A stretch of DNA of 64,000 nucleotides, from NCBI GenBank assembly GCA_020637195.1, contig JACJWK010000002.1, positions 2,299 to 66,298 of the forward strand. The letters run 5' to 3'. This document shows, one piece after another, positions 27,057-36,322 of the stretch; the first letter of the stretch is position 1, and every line of letters begins with the position of its first letter. The translations under genes were made by a program, and so were the position numbers. The notes under the pieces are model-generated. The model ran no database searches, was not told where the DNA came from, and saw nothing but the letters and a program-made list of their open reading frames with translations. This DNA comes from Microthrixaceae bacterium. Its GTDB lineage: Bacteria; Actinomycetota; Acidimicrobiia; Acidimicrobiales; DATDAH01.

Positions 27057-28802
27057 CTAGTGGCGGCGGACGCCGTCCATCCAGGTCTCGAGCACCTCGA
27101 TCTCGGCGAGGTCGCCCGGGTCGACGGTGCGCGGATCGCCGCCCAGCACGACGAGGTCGGCCCGCTTGCCCACCTCGAGCGTGCCGATCTCGTGGTCGCT
27201 GTGGCACTGCCAGGCCGCGTCGGCGGTGACGGCCCGGAGGGCGGACTCGACCGGCACCCGCTCGCCCGGGGTGAGGACGGTCCCGGGCTCGCGCCAGAGC
27301 TCGCGGGTGACCGCGTTGTGGACGCAGCGCAGCGGCCCCATGGCGGTGACCATCTCGTCGGAGTGGACCGTCCAGCGGATCCCGGCCGCCGAGCAGGACG
27401 CGGTGCGGTCGAGCAGGTCGGCCCGCTCGGAACCCAGGATCTCGTCGCGGAACGCCTGGCCCCAGTAGTGGACGTGGCCGATGAGGAACGACGGCGAGAC
27501 GCCGAGCTCGGCGATGCGGGCGATCTGGTCGTCGTGGAGCAGCGAGCAGTGCTCGATGCGGTGGCGCCGATCGGGGCCGCCGGCGTCGACCGCCCCGGCG
27601 AGGGCGGCCAGGGTGTCGTCGATGGCCTGGTCGCCGTTGGCGTGGATCACGACCTGCCAACCCTGGGCGGCACGGTGCCGGGCCCGGGCCGCCAGCTCGG
27701 CGGGCTCGACGTAGGGCAGGCCCCGGTCGGTCGAGCCCAGGTACGGCGTGCGCTGGTGCCCCGTCCGGCCCTGGTTGGACCCGTCGGAGATGATCTTCCA
27801 GCCCGTGGCCCGGATGCGGTCGTCGCCGTCGCCCGGCGCCAGCCCGACGAGGTCCCAGGCGTCGGCGCGGTTGTCGAGGGCCGAGTAGCGGAGCCGGGTG
27901 GCCAGGCCGTCGTCGTCGGCCATGGCCCGGTAGAGGTCGGCGTCCTCGGGACCGAGCACCATCCCGGTGCCCTGGTCGCAGATGGTGGTGATCCCCACCG
28001 ACGCGGCCCGGCGGGCCACCGCCCGTCCCTCGGCGACCAGGTCGGTCGCGAGCATCCGGGGGTCGTGGGTGGCGACGCTGAGCATGGCGGCCTGGCCCAC
28101 GAGCACGCCGTTGGGCGTGCCGTCGGCGTACCGCCCGTAGGGCGAGTGCTCGGGGTCGGGCGTGTCCCGGTCGACGCCGGCGACTCGCAGCGCCGCCGAG
28201 TTCGCGTACGCGAAGTGCAGCGAGGCGTTCAGCACCAGCACCGGGACCTCGGTGGACGCCCGGTCGAGCAGGTCGGTGGTGAGCTCGGACGGACCGGCCT
28301 GGAGCGACGGGTCGAACTGGCGGGCGGTCAGCCAACCGCCGCGGGGCACGTCGGCCGCGAGCCCGGCCAGGTGCTCGATGACCGAGTCGACCGTGGGGAA
28401 GCGGGCCGCGCCCACGTCGTGCCAGCCCCCGAGCAGGGCGGTCGGGACGAGGTGGGCGTGGGGCTCGATGAACCCGGGGAGCACCACGGCGCCGTCGGCG
28501 TCGACGACCCGGGCGTCGCGGCCGGCGGCGGCCGCCACCTCGTCCCCGTCGCCGACCGCCACGATGCGGCCGTCGCGGAACGCGATCGCGCCGGCGACCG
28601 TCGACGCCGGGTCCATGGTCAGGACCGTCGCGCCCCGCACGACGGTGGCTCGGCCGTCGTGGGCGCGGTGGGTCGGGACCGGGGGGAGTGCGGTGGGGCG
28701 CGGCGCGAGGGCGCCGAGGCCGGCGACGAACGGGCCGCCGCAGCCGCAGGAGGCGGGCGGCGAGCCCGGGTGGTGGGGGCGGACGGCGGTCGCTCGGGCC
28801 AC
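27057..28802 (-). CDS. amidohydrolase family 3 (YtcJ-like) metal-dependent hydrolase
   Basis: VLPGFIEPHAHL (HxH), VVIHANGD, HRIEHCS, WTVHSDEM, ADLVVLGGDP. Start is uncertain: GTG 28802 or GTG 28640 (VRGATVLTMDP). Confidence 0.8.
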   Translation of the reverse strand: MARATAVRPHHPGSPPASCGCGGPFVAGLGALAPRPTALPPVPTHRAHDGRATVVRGATVLTMDPASTVAGAIAFRDGRIVAVGDGDEVAAAAGRDARVVDADGAVVLPGFIEPHAHLVPTALLGGWHDVGAARFPTVDSVIEHLAGLAADVPRGGWLTARQFDPSLQAGPSELTTDLLDRASTEVPVLVLNASLHFAYANSAALRVAGVDRDTPDPEHSPYGRYADGTPNGVLVGQAAMLSVATHDPRMLATDLVAEGRAVARRAASVGITTICDQGTGMVLGPEDADLYRAMADDDGLATRLRYSALDNRADAWDLVGLAPGDGDDRIRATGWKIISDGSNQGRTGHQRTPYLGSTDRGLPYVEPAELAARARHRAAQGWQVVIHANGDQAIDDTLAALAGAVDAGGPDRRHRIEHCSLLHDDQIARIAELGVSPSFLIGHVHYWGQAFRDEILGSERADLLDRTASCSAAGIRWTVHSDEMVTAMGPLRCVHNAVTRELWREPGTVLTPGERVPVESALRAVTADAAWQCHSDHEIGTLEVGKRADLVVLGGDPRTVDPGDLAEIEVLETWMDGVRRH

Positions 28803-28837
28803 CCGCGGACGGTAGCCCGCGGCGCGGCCGGCGTCGC

Positions 28838-30016
28838 CTACGCGGCGCCGAGGAGCAGCGCGGAGGTGGGCACCCCGGTGCCGCCGGTGACGAGGACGTG
28901 CTCGGCGCCGTCGACCTGGTTGACCGACGTGCCCCGCACCTGGCGGACGCCCTCCGCGATGCCGTTCATCCCGTGCAGGTAGCCCTCGCCGAGTTGGCCG
29001 CCGTGGGTGTTGACGGGGAGGCGGCCGCCGAGCTCGATGTTGCCGTCGGCGATGAAGTCCTTCGCCTCACCGCGGGCGCAGAAGCCGAACTCCTCGAGCT
29101 GCGGGAGCACGAACGGGGTGAAGTGGTCGTAGACGACCGCGGTCTGGACGTCGTCGGGGCCGAGCCCCGACGTCTCCCAGATCTGGCGGGCGCACACGCC
29201 CATCTCGGGCAGGCCGGTGATCTCGTCCCGGAAGAACGAGCGCATCATCTGCTGGTCCTCGGCCATACCCTGCGCGGCGCCCTCGATCACGACCGGGGGC
29301 CGGCGCAGGTCGCGGGCCCGCTCGAGCGACGTGACGAGGATGGCCTGGCCCCCGTCGGTCTCCTGGCAGCAGTCGAGCAGGTGCAGGGGCTCGACGATCC
29401 AGCGGCTGTTCTGGTGGTCCTCGAGGGTGATGGGCTGCTCGTAGAACCAGGCCCGGGGGTTGGTGGCGGCGTGGCGCCGGTCGGCCACCGCCACCCGGCC
29501 GAAGTCCTCGGAGGTGACGCCGAACTCGTGCATCATGCGGGTGGCGAACATGGCGATCCACGAGGCCGGGGTGAGCAGGCCGAACGGCGAGGTCCACGCG
29601 TAGGCGACCTCCTCGGCCGTGTGCCCGGGCACCCGGTCCTGGACACCCGTGCCGAAGCGGTGCCCGCTGCGCTCGTTGAACGCCCGGTAGCACAGGACGT
29701 AGTCGGCCACGCCCTCGTGGACCGCCATCGCCGCCAGCTGGACCGTGCCGCACGGGGCGCCGCCGCCGAAGTGGACCCGGCTGAAGTGGGTGAGCTCCTT
29801 GATGCCGAGGCTGCGCATGACGTCGCTCTCGGGGTTGGTGTCCATGGTGAACGTCGACAGGCCGCTGACCTGCTCGGGGGCCACGCCGGCGTCGTCCAGC
29901 GCGGCCACGCACGCCTCGAGGGCGAGCCGGAGCTCGCTGCGGCCCGACCGCTTGGAGAACTCGGTGGCGCCGATGCCGGCGATGGCCGTGCGTCCGGCGT
30001 AGGCGTGGGCGGTCAT
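28838..30016 (-). CDS. thiolase-fold lipid-transfer-protein-like enzyme (SCP-x/Ltp type)
   Basis: 392 aa with thiolase-like N- and C-terminal halves (IAGIGATEF..., ...HGGQLGEGYLHGMNGIAE...). ATGA overlap (30013-30016) with the upstream hotdog fusion gene. Confidence 0.8.
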   Translation of the reverse strand: MTAHAYAGRTAIAGIGATEFSKRSGRSELRLALEACVAALDDAGVAPEQVSGLSTFTMDTNPESDVMRSLGIKELTHFSRVHFGGGAPCGTVQLAAMAVHEGVADYVLCYRAFNERSGHRFGTGVQDRVPGHTAEEVAYAWTSPFGLLTPASWIAMFATRMMHEFGVTSEDFGRVAVADRRHAATNPRAWFYEQPITLEDHQNSRWIVEPLHLLDCCQETDGGQAILVTSLERARDLRRPPVVIEGAAQGMAEDQQMMRSFFRDEITGLPEMGVCARQIWETSGLGPDDVQTAVVYDHFTPFVLPQLEEFGFCARGEAKDFIADGNIELGGRLPVNTHGGQLGEGYLHGMNGIAEGVRQVRGTSVNQVDGAEHVLVTGGTGVPTSALLLGAA

Positions 30017-31473
30017 CGGGAGGCCTCCTGGGTCGGGGTCGACGCGGTGGGCAGCGTGAGCTCCACCGTGCCGGTGACGTGGGCCCCGAGGCCGTTGGCG
30101 CCCTGGAGGGCGACGACCACCGCACCCGTGGCCGGGTCGACGGACTGCACCGAGCCGGAGAAGGCCAGGATGTCGCCGGGGTGGTTGGGGGCGCCGAGGC
30201 GGACCCGCAGCGCCCGCACGACCGCGTCGGGACCGGCCCAGTCGGTGACGTAGCGCTCGGTCAGCCCGAGGGTGGTGTTGATGTTCATGAAGACGTCCGG
30301 CGAGCCCGCCCGGACGGCGGCGTCCCGGTCGTGGTGCACGTCGGTGAAGTCCCGGGTGGCGAGGGCGCCCGCCACGATCAGCGTCGTGGTGACCGGGACC
30401 GCGAACAGCGGCAGGGCGTCGCCCTCGGCGACGTCCGCCGCGGCGAGCGTGGCCTCCCGGCGGGGCGGTGTGGCGGGGCGGAACTGCGGGAGCGTGATCG
30501 GGCCGCGGGCGTCGGTCTCACCCTCCACCTGGGCCGGGTGGCTGTCGAGCCAGCACACCTCGAGGGGCATGCCCACCGAGAGCTGCTCCCGGGTGACCCC
30601 CACGACGTTGGACACCAGCCGGGCGCCCTCCTCGAGCTCGACGAGGCCGACCAGCACCGGGTAGCGGAACCCGCGCACCTGGGGGTACCGGGGGACGGCG
30701 AACGAGTAGAGGTGCCCGCGACCGGACGCGACGATCCAGCCCTGGTCGAAGCTGCCGCAGTCGGGGCAGCGCGGCGTGGGCGGGTTGTGCAGGGCCTGGC
30801 AGCCCCGGCACTGCTGGATGCGCAGCTCGTGGCGGCGGGCCCCCTCCCAGAAGAACTCGTTGTCGAGGTTGATGGCGGGACGCGGCCGCAGCGCGGGGTC
30901 CGGGTCGGGGGGTGGGGGCGCGCCCTCGCCGGGCCCGGGCGCGGGCCGACCGGTGCCGGGCTTGAACTTCAGGACCCGGAACAACAGGTCACCGACGTGC
31001 TCGCCGTCGGCCGTCGAGTAGCGGTGGCGGGTGGTGACGAAGTGCCCGACGCCGAGACCCGTGGCCTTCTCCTCGGAGACGGCGTCGAGGATCTCGACGT
31101 TGGACAGCAGCTCGCCCGGCCGGACGTAGCGCCGCAGCTCGAGCTCGGAGTTCACCGCCACCACCGAGGTGAACCCCGCCGCCTCGAGCAGCGCCAGCGC
31201 CCGGCCCCGCGGGCTGTCGGCGCTGCGGGCGTGCTTCAGCCCGCCCCGGTCCCAGATGTCGAGCGTGGCCGGTGGGGCGACCAGGCCGCCGTGGACCGAC
31301 GCCGCGGCCGCGTCGGGGTCGACGTACACGGGATGGTCGTCTCCCATGGCGTCGCACCAGTGCGCGACGAGGGTCTCGTCCACCGGGTGCCGCGGCGTGG
31401 TGGGCGGGCCCTCGGTGCCGACGAGGGCCCGGAGCGCGGCCAGCAGGTCGTCGGGCTCGGTCGTGTCGGTCAC
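30013..31473 (-). CDS. hotdog(MaoC N-terminal-like)-DUF35(Zn-ribbon+OB-fold)-hotdog(MaoC-like) fusion protein
   Basis: N-terminal segment HPVDETLVAHWCDAMGDDHPVYVD...HFVTTRHRY. Middle segment CRGCQALHNPPTPRCPDCGS plus an OB-like LYSFAVPRYP...LVGLVELEEGARLVSNV. C-terminal segment ATRDFTDVHHDRDAAVRAG...GDILAFSGSV. Confidence 0.8.
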   Translation of the reverse strand: MTDTTEPDDLLAALRALVGTEGPPTTPRHPVDETLVAHWCDAMGDDHPVYVDPDAAAASVHGGLVAPPATLDIWDRGGLKHARSADSPRGRALALLEAAGFTSVVAVNSELELRRYVRPGELLSNVEILDAVSEEKATGLGVGHFVTTRHRYSTADGEHVGDLLFRVLKFKPGTGRPAPGPGEGAPPPPDPDPALRPRPAINLDNEFFWEGARRHELRIQQCRGCQALHNPPTPRCPDCGSFDQGWIVASGRGHLYSFAVPRYPQVRGFRYPVLVGLVELEEGARLVSNVVGVTREQLSVGMPLEVCWLDSHPAQVEGETDARGPITLPQFRPATPPRREATLAAADVAEGDALPLFAVPVTTTLIVAGALATRDFTDVHHDRDAAVRAGSPDVFMNINTTLGLTERYVTDWAGPDAVVRALRVRLGAPNHPGDILAFSGSVQSVDPATGAVVVALQGANGLGAHVTGTVELTLPTASTPTQEASR

Positions 31474-31576
31474 GGGGCTCCTCGTGGTCGGACGGGCGGG
31501 CTCTCGATCCTGTCACGGCCGCGCCCCCCGGATCGCGGTCCGGGCACCGCCGACCGCGACTCGGTACGGTGCCGGA

Positions 31577-32557
31577 ATGGCCCGCGCTGCCGGGGGCGAG
31601 TCGAGGGCGGGCGTGCCCCTCACGAACCTGGACCAGCCGCTGTTCGACGGGGCCGACGCCACCAAGCGCGACCTCGTCGACTACCTCGACGGCGTCCGCG
31701 GGCGCCTGCTGCCCGTCCTCGCCGAGCGGCCGTTGTCGGTCGTGCGGGTGCACCGGGGCCAGGACGCCTTCATGCAGAAGAACGTCCCGAGGGGCACGCC
31801 GGAGTGGGTGCGGACGGTGGGCCTCTGGGCCGAGACCTCGAAGCGGGAGGTCCACTACGCCGTGTGCGACGACCGCCGGACCCTCGTGTGGCTCGGGAAC
31901 CAGCGCGCGGTCGAGCTGCACCCGTCGATGGGCCGCCTCCCCCACCTCGACCGGCCGACCCACCTGGTCGTCGACCTCGACCCGCCCGAGGGCGACGGCT
32001 TCCGCGCCGCGGCGGCGGTCGCCCACCTGGTGCGGCGGGTGCTGGACGACGCCGGCCTCGCCGGCGCGGTCAAGACCAGCGGTGCCAAGGGCCTGCACGT
32101 CTTCGTCCCCGTGTCGTCGTCGGTCGACGGCGCGTCCGCGGCCGCCGCGACCCGGGCCCTCGCGGCGCGGGTCGAGCGCCTCGACCCCTCGCTCGCCACC
32201 ACGGCCTTCGTGAAGGACGAGCGCGGGGGCAAGGTGTTCGTCGACGCCACCCGCGGCGCGGGCTCCACGGTGGTCGCGGCGTACAGCCCCCGCCTGCGGC
32301 CGGGCGTGCCGGTGTCGTTCCCGGTGGCGTGGGGCGATCTCGACGACGTGGCGCCCGGTGACTTCACGATCCACGGCGCGCTCGACCGGCTGGGCGACCG
32401 CGACCCCTGGTCCGAGGCGATGCCCGAGCCCCAGGCGCTGCCCGACGACCTCGTCGTCGAGGGGAGCGAGATCCCCGCCCCGCGCGTGGCGGCCCTGCAC
32501 GAGGGCCGGCGGCGGGCGCGCCGCGCCCGGGACGGCGGCGGGTCGGCCCGCCCCTAG
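31577..32557 (+). CDS. stand-alone NHEJ polymerase/primase domain (LigD PolDom-like)
   Basis: TNLDQPLF...KRDLVDYL, HLVVDLDP, KTSGAKGLHVFVP, YSPRLRPGVPVSFPVAW. There is no ligase or nuclease domain in the ORF. TACGGT box 6 nt before ATG 31577. Confidence 0.85.
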   Translation: MARAAGGESRAGVPLTNLDQPLFDGADATKRDLVDYLDGVRGRLLPVLAERPLSVVRVHRGQDAFMQKNVPRGTPEWVRTVGLWAETSKREVHYAVCDDRRTLVWLGNQRAVELHPSMGRLPHLDRPTHLVVDLDPPEGDGFRAAAAVAHLVRRVLDDAGLAGAVKTSGAKGLHVFVPVSSSVDGASAAAATRALAARVERLDPSLATTAFVKDERGGKVFVDATRGAGSTVVAAYSPRLRPGVPVSFPVAWGDLDDVAPGDFTIHGALDRLGDRDPWSEAMPEPQALPDDLVVEGSEIPAPRVAALHEGRRRARRARDGGGSARP

Positions 32558-32603
32558 GCTGCGGACCGACCGGTCACGGACCGGGTGCGAGAGGAGCGAA
32601 CAC

Positions 32604-34499
32604 ATGAGCGACGAGCGCGGCGCCACGGAGGCCACCCGGCGGTCCATCGACGAGGCGTCCGCCTCGTTGCCTTGGGAGGACCGCCAGGACTTCGAGGACG
32701 CCACCCGCGGCTTCGTGGGTCGGTCCGACGAGCGTCAGGTCCGGGCCGCCGACGGCCGGGTCGTGTGGGACCTCGACGCCTACGACTTCCTGCGCGACGC
32801 GGACGCGCCCGACACCGCCCACCCCAGCCTGTGGCGCCAGGGCCAGCTCCTCGTCGAGGACGGCCTGTACGAGGTCGTGCCCGGCATCTACCAGCTGCGC
32901 GGCTTCGACCTCTCGGTGATGAGCGTGATCGAGGGTGAGACCGGCGTCATCGTGATCGACCCCCTCATCAGCACCGAGACCGCCGCGGCCGCGTTCGCGC
33001 TCTACCAGGCCCACCGCGGCCCGCGTCCGGTGACGGGGATGATCTACACGCACTCCCACGTGGACCACTTCGGTGGGGTGAAGGGCATCATCACCGAGGA
33101 GCAGGTGACGTCGGGCGAGGTGCCGGTCGTCGCCCCCGAGGGCTTCCTCCACCACGCCATCGCCGAGAACGTCTTCGCGGGTACCGCCATGGCGCGGCGG
33201 GCGGCCTTCATGTACGGCGCCGCGCTCGAGCGCGGCCCCGCCGCCCAGATCGGCGCCGGCCTGGGCCAGACGACGTCGACCGGGTCGGTGTCGCTGATCC
33301 CGCCGACGGTGCACATCGCCGAGACCGGCACCCGGCTCACCATCGACGGGGTCGAGATCGAGTTCCAGGTGACGCCGGGCACCGAGGCCCCGGCGGAGAT
33401 GAACTTCTACTTCCCCCAGCACCGGGCCCTGTGCACCGCCGAGAACACGTCGCACACGCTGCACAACATCCTCACCATCCGGGGCGCACTCGTCCGCGAC
33501 GCCCACGCCTGGGCCCACTACCTGACCGAGACCATCGACCGCTGGGGCGACGAGCTCGACGTGGTCTTCGCGTCCCACCACTGGCCCACCTGGGGCCGGG
33601 AGCGGGCGGTCGAGTTCCTGGCCATGCAGCGCGACCTCTACCTGTACCTGCACGACCAGACCCTGCGCCTGTTGAACACGGGGCTGACGGGCGCCGAGAT
33701 CGCCGAGGTGCTGGAGCTGCCGCCCGCGCTCGCCCAGCAGTGGCACACCCACGGCTACTACGGCTCGGTGAGCCACAACGTGAAGGCGGTGTACCAGCGC
33801 TACATGGGGTGGTACGACGCCAACCCCGCCAACCTCTGGCCCCATCCCCCGGAAGCCTCCGCGGCGCGCTACGTCGAGGCGATGGGCGGTCGCGACGGCG
33901 CGCTCGCCGTCGCCCGGCGGGCCTGGGACGACGGCGACTACCGGTGGTGCGCCGAGGTGGGCAAGCACCTCGTGTTCGCCGACGACGGCGACACCGAGGC
34001 CCGTGAGCTGCTGGCCGCCGCCCTCGAGCAACTCGGCTTCGGGGCCGAGTGCGGCACGTGGCGCAACGCGTACCTCGTCGGTGCCGCCGAGCTGCGGCAC
34101 GGCAACACGGGCACGCCCATCAGCACGGCCGGCACCGACGTCCTCGACGCCCTCACCGTGGACCAGGTGTTCGACGGCATCGCCGTCCGCATCGACGGCC
34201 CGGCCGCGTGGGACGACCACCTCCGGATCGCGTGGCGCATCACCGACGAGGGCACCGTGCACCTCACCGAGCTGCGCAACGGCGCACTCCACCATCGCGA
34301 GGTCGCCGAGGTGCCCGACGGCGTCACCACGTTCTCGCTCGCCCGGCTGGTGCTCGTGGGGCTGGTGACCCGCCAGATCGACGCCGCCACGGCGATCGGC
34401 GACGGCTCGATCACCTTCGAGGGCGACCCGTCGGTGCTCGCCCGCCTCGTCGGCTACGTGGCCTCGGGAAGCCCCGCCTTCGACATCGTCACGCCCTGA
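32604..34499 (+). CDS. MBL-fold alkyl/aryl-sulfatase (SdsA1/BDS1-type)
   Basis: YTHSHVDHFGG zinc motif, a dimerisation region and an SCP2-like C-terminus. SD GAGGAG lies 7 nt before ATG 32604. Confidence 0.85.
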   Translation: MSDERGATEATRRSIDEASASLPWEDRQDFEDATRGFVGRSDERQVRAADGRVVWDLDAYDFLRDADAPDTAHPSLWRQGQLLVEDGLYEVVPGIYQLRGFDLSVMSVIEGETGVIVIDPLISTETAAAAFALYQAHRGPRPVTGMIYTHSHVDHFGGVKGIITEEQVTSGEVPVVAPEGFLHHAIAENVFAGTAMARRAAFMYGAALERGPAAQIGAGLGQTTSTGSVSLIPPTVHIAETGTRLTIDGVEIEFQVTPGTEAPAEMNFYFPQHRALCTAENTSHTLHNILTIRGALVRDAHAWAHYLTETIDRWGDELDVVFASHHWPTWGRERAVEFLAMQRDLYLYLHDQTLRLLNTGLTGAEIAEVLELPPALAQQWHTHGYYGSVSHNVKAVYQRYMGWYDANPANLWPHPPEASAARYVEAMGGRDGALAVARRAWDDGDYRWCAEVGKHLVFADDGDTEARELLAAALEQLGFGAECGTWRNAYLVGAAELRHGNTGTPISTAGTDVLDALTVDQVFDGIAVRIDGPAAWDDHLRIAWRITDEGTVHLTELRNGALHHREVAEVPDGVTTFSLARLVLVGLVTRQIDAATAIGDGSITFEGDPSVLARLVGYVASGSPAFDIVTP

Positions 34500-34596
34500 C
34501 CCGCGCGGCGCCGGTGCGGCGGGGCCGTGTCACGAGGCGGTACCAGACGCGGCCGGGCGGGGCGGGGACGGTCGGCGGACGTCTACCTTCGCCCGC

Positions 34597-35634
34597 ATGG
34601 ACGAGCACGCCACCAGCACCGACGCGACCGGGGGCGGGACCGCCCCGGCCCGGATGCAGGCCCTCCACCAGGGCGCGTACGGGCCGCCCGAGGTCCTCTC
34701 GGTCACGGAGGTCGACCGGCCCGAGGCGGGACCGGGTCAGGTCCTCGTGCGGGTGCGCGCCGCCGGGCTGGACCGCGGCACGTGGCACCTGGTGGCCGGG
34801 CTGCCGTACCTCATCCGGCCCATCGAGGGATGGCGACGGCCGCGCCACGAGATCCTCGGGCTCGACCTGTCGGGGGAGGTCGTCGCCGTGGGGGAGGGCG
34901 TCGACGGCCTGCGCCCGGGAACGGAGGTGTACGGGACGGCGCGCGGTGCGCTGGCCGAGTACGTCGTCGCGGACCCCGCCCGCCTGGCCCCCAAGCCGGC
35001 GGGGATCTCGTTCGAGGCCGCCGCCGCCGTGCCGGTCTCGGCGCTGACCGCCCTCCAGGCCCTGCGGGACCAGGCCGACGTGGTGGCGGGGCAGCGGGTG
35101 CTGATCCTGGGTGCCTCGGGCGGCGTGGGCTCGTACGCGGTCCAGCTCGCGAAGGCCCTGGGCGCCCACGTCACCGGGGTGTGCAGTGCCGCCAAGGCGG
35201 AGCTCGTGGCCGGCCTCGGCGCCGACGAGGTGATCGACTACCGCACCACCGATCCCGTGGACGGCTCGACGCGCTACGACGCGATCCTCGACATCGGCGG
35301 CAACCGGCCCCTCCGGGCGCTGCGGCGTGCCCTGACCCCTCGCGGCACCCTGGTCATCGTCGGCGGCGAAGGGGGCGGCCGCCTGCTCGGTGGGACCGAG
35401 CGCCTGCTGCGCGCCCTGCTCTGGTCGCCCCTGCTGCGCCAGCGCATGCGCACGTTCATCTCCTCCGAGAACCGCGCCGACCTCGAGGCGCTGTCGGCCC
35501 ACCTCGAGTCGGGCGCGGTCGTCCCCGCGGTCGAGCGGGTGGTGGCGCTCGGGGACGTGGCCGCCGAGCTGGCGCGCCTGGAGCGGGGCGAGGTCAGGGG
35601 CAAGGTCGTCGTCGCCGTCGGCGCGGCCGGCTGA
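34597..35634 (+). CDS. zinc-type alcohol dehydrogenase / NADPH:quinone reductase family protein
   Basis: PEVL...VLVRVRAAGL, ILGASGGVGSYAVQLAK. TACCTT box 7 nt before ATG 34597; an alternative start is ATG 34654. Confidence 0.85.
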   Translation: MDEHATSTDATGGGTAPARMQALHQGAYGPPEVLSVTEVDRPEAGPGQVLVRVRAAGLDRGTWHLVAGLPYLIRPIEGWRRPRHEILGLDLSGEVVAVGEGVDGLRPGTEVYGTARGALAEYVVADPARLAPKPAGISFEAAAAVPVSALTALQALRDQADVVAGQRVLILGASGGVGSYAVQLAKALGAHVTGVCSAAKAELVAGLGADEVIDYRTTDPVDGSTRYDAILDIGGNRPLRALRRALTPRGTLVIVGGEGGGRLLGGTERLLRALLWSPLLRQRMRTFISSENRADLEALSAHLESGAVVPAVERVVALGDVAAELARLERGEVRGKVVVAVGAAG

Positions 35635-35646
35635 CCGGGGCGGGCG

Positions 35647-36240
35647 TCAGCGGAGCCCCTGCTGGAGCCGCCGGAAGCCCGCCGAGGCCTCGGTGGCGAG
35701 ATCGCTCCCGTCCGGTTCGTCGACCCAGTGGCGGAACACGGCGAGCACGGTCCCCATGACCGCGGTGGCGGTCTGGCGGGCGACGGGCGCGTCGGGCCGG
35801 ACGCCGAGGCGGCGGGCGAAGTCCACGGTGAGGCGATCGGCGGCCTCGTCGAACACCTGGACGACGCCGGCCCGCAAGGGCGCGCTGGTGCGCAGCCGGC
35901 GCAGCTCCTCGGCGGCGCCGGGGGCGGGGGCGAGGCCGTGCTCGTCCGCGGCGGCGACGACCGCGAGGCAGGCGACGATCGGGGCCTCGTCCGCCGGGCG
36001 CCCCTCGACGGCATCGAGGGCGAGCGCGATCGCATCGGTGACGGGGGCGAGGGCCACGGCCACCTTGGAGGGGTAGTAGCGGAAGAACGTGGGTTCGCTC
36101 ACCTCGGCGGCCGCGGCGATCTGGGCGACGGTGGTGGTGTCGTAGCCCTGGGCGGCGAACAGCGCGCGGGCGCGCTCGCGCAGCAGCAGGCGGGTCAGGG
36201 CCTTCTTGCGCTCCCGCAGGCCCGGGCGGTCCTCGGTCAT
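35647..36240 (-). CDS. TetR-family transcriptional regulator
   Basis: ATG 36240. HTH ...ARALFAAQGYDTTTVAQIAAAAEVSEPTFFRYYPSK. TACGGT box 7 nt upstream of the ATG. Confidence 0.85.
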   Translation of the reverse strand: MTEDRPGLRERKKALTRLLLRERARALFAAQGYDTTTVAQIAAAAEVSEPTFFRYYPSKVAVALAPVTDAIALALDAVEGRPADEAPIVACLAVVAAADEHGLAPAPGAAEELRRLRTSAPLRAGVVQVFDEAADRLTVDFARRLGVRPDAPVARQTATAVMGTVLAVFRHWVDEPDGSDLATEASAGFRRLQQGLR

Positions 36241-36263
36241 GCACGCCACCGTAGCGCAGGTCC

Positions 36264-36279
36264 GACACGAAATTGTGTC
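36264..36279. promoter_or_regulatory. candidate TetR operator GACAC-GAAATT-GTGTC in an AT-rich divergent promoter region
   Basis: An inverted 5-mer pair read from the sequence. A second small dyad, GTAAG-TCA-CTTAC, lies at 36290-36302. Both are in the 82-bp gap between divergent starts. Confidence 0.35.
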
Positions 36280-36322
36280 ACTCATACTTGTAAGTCACTT
36301 ACGTTATTGGTACGGTGCCCCC

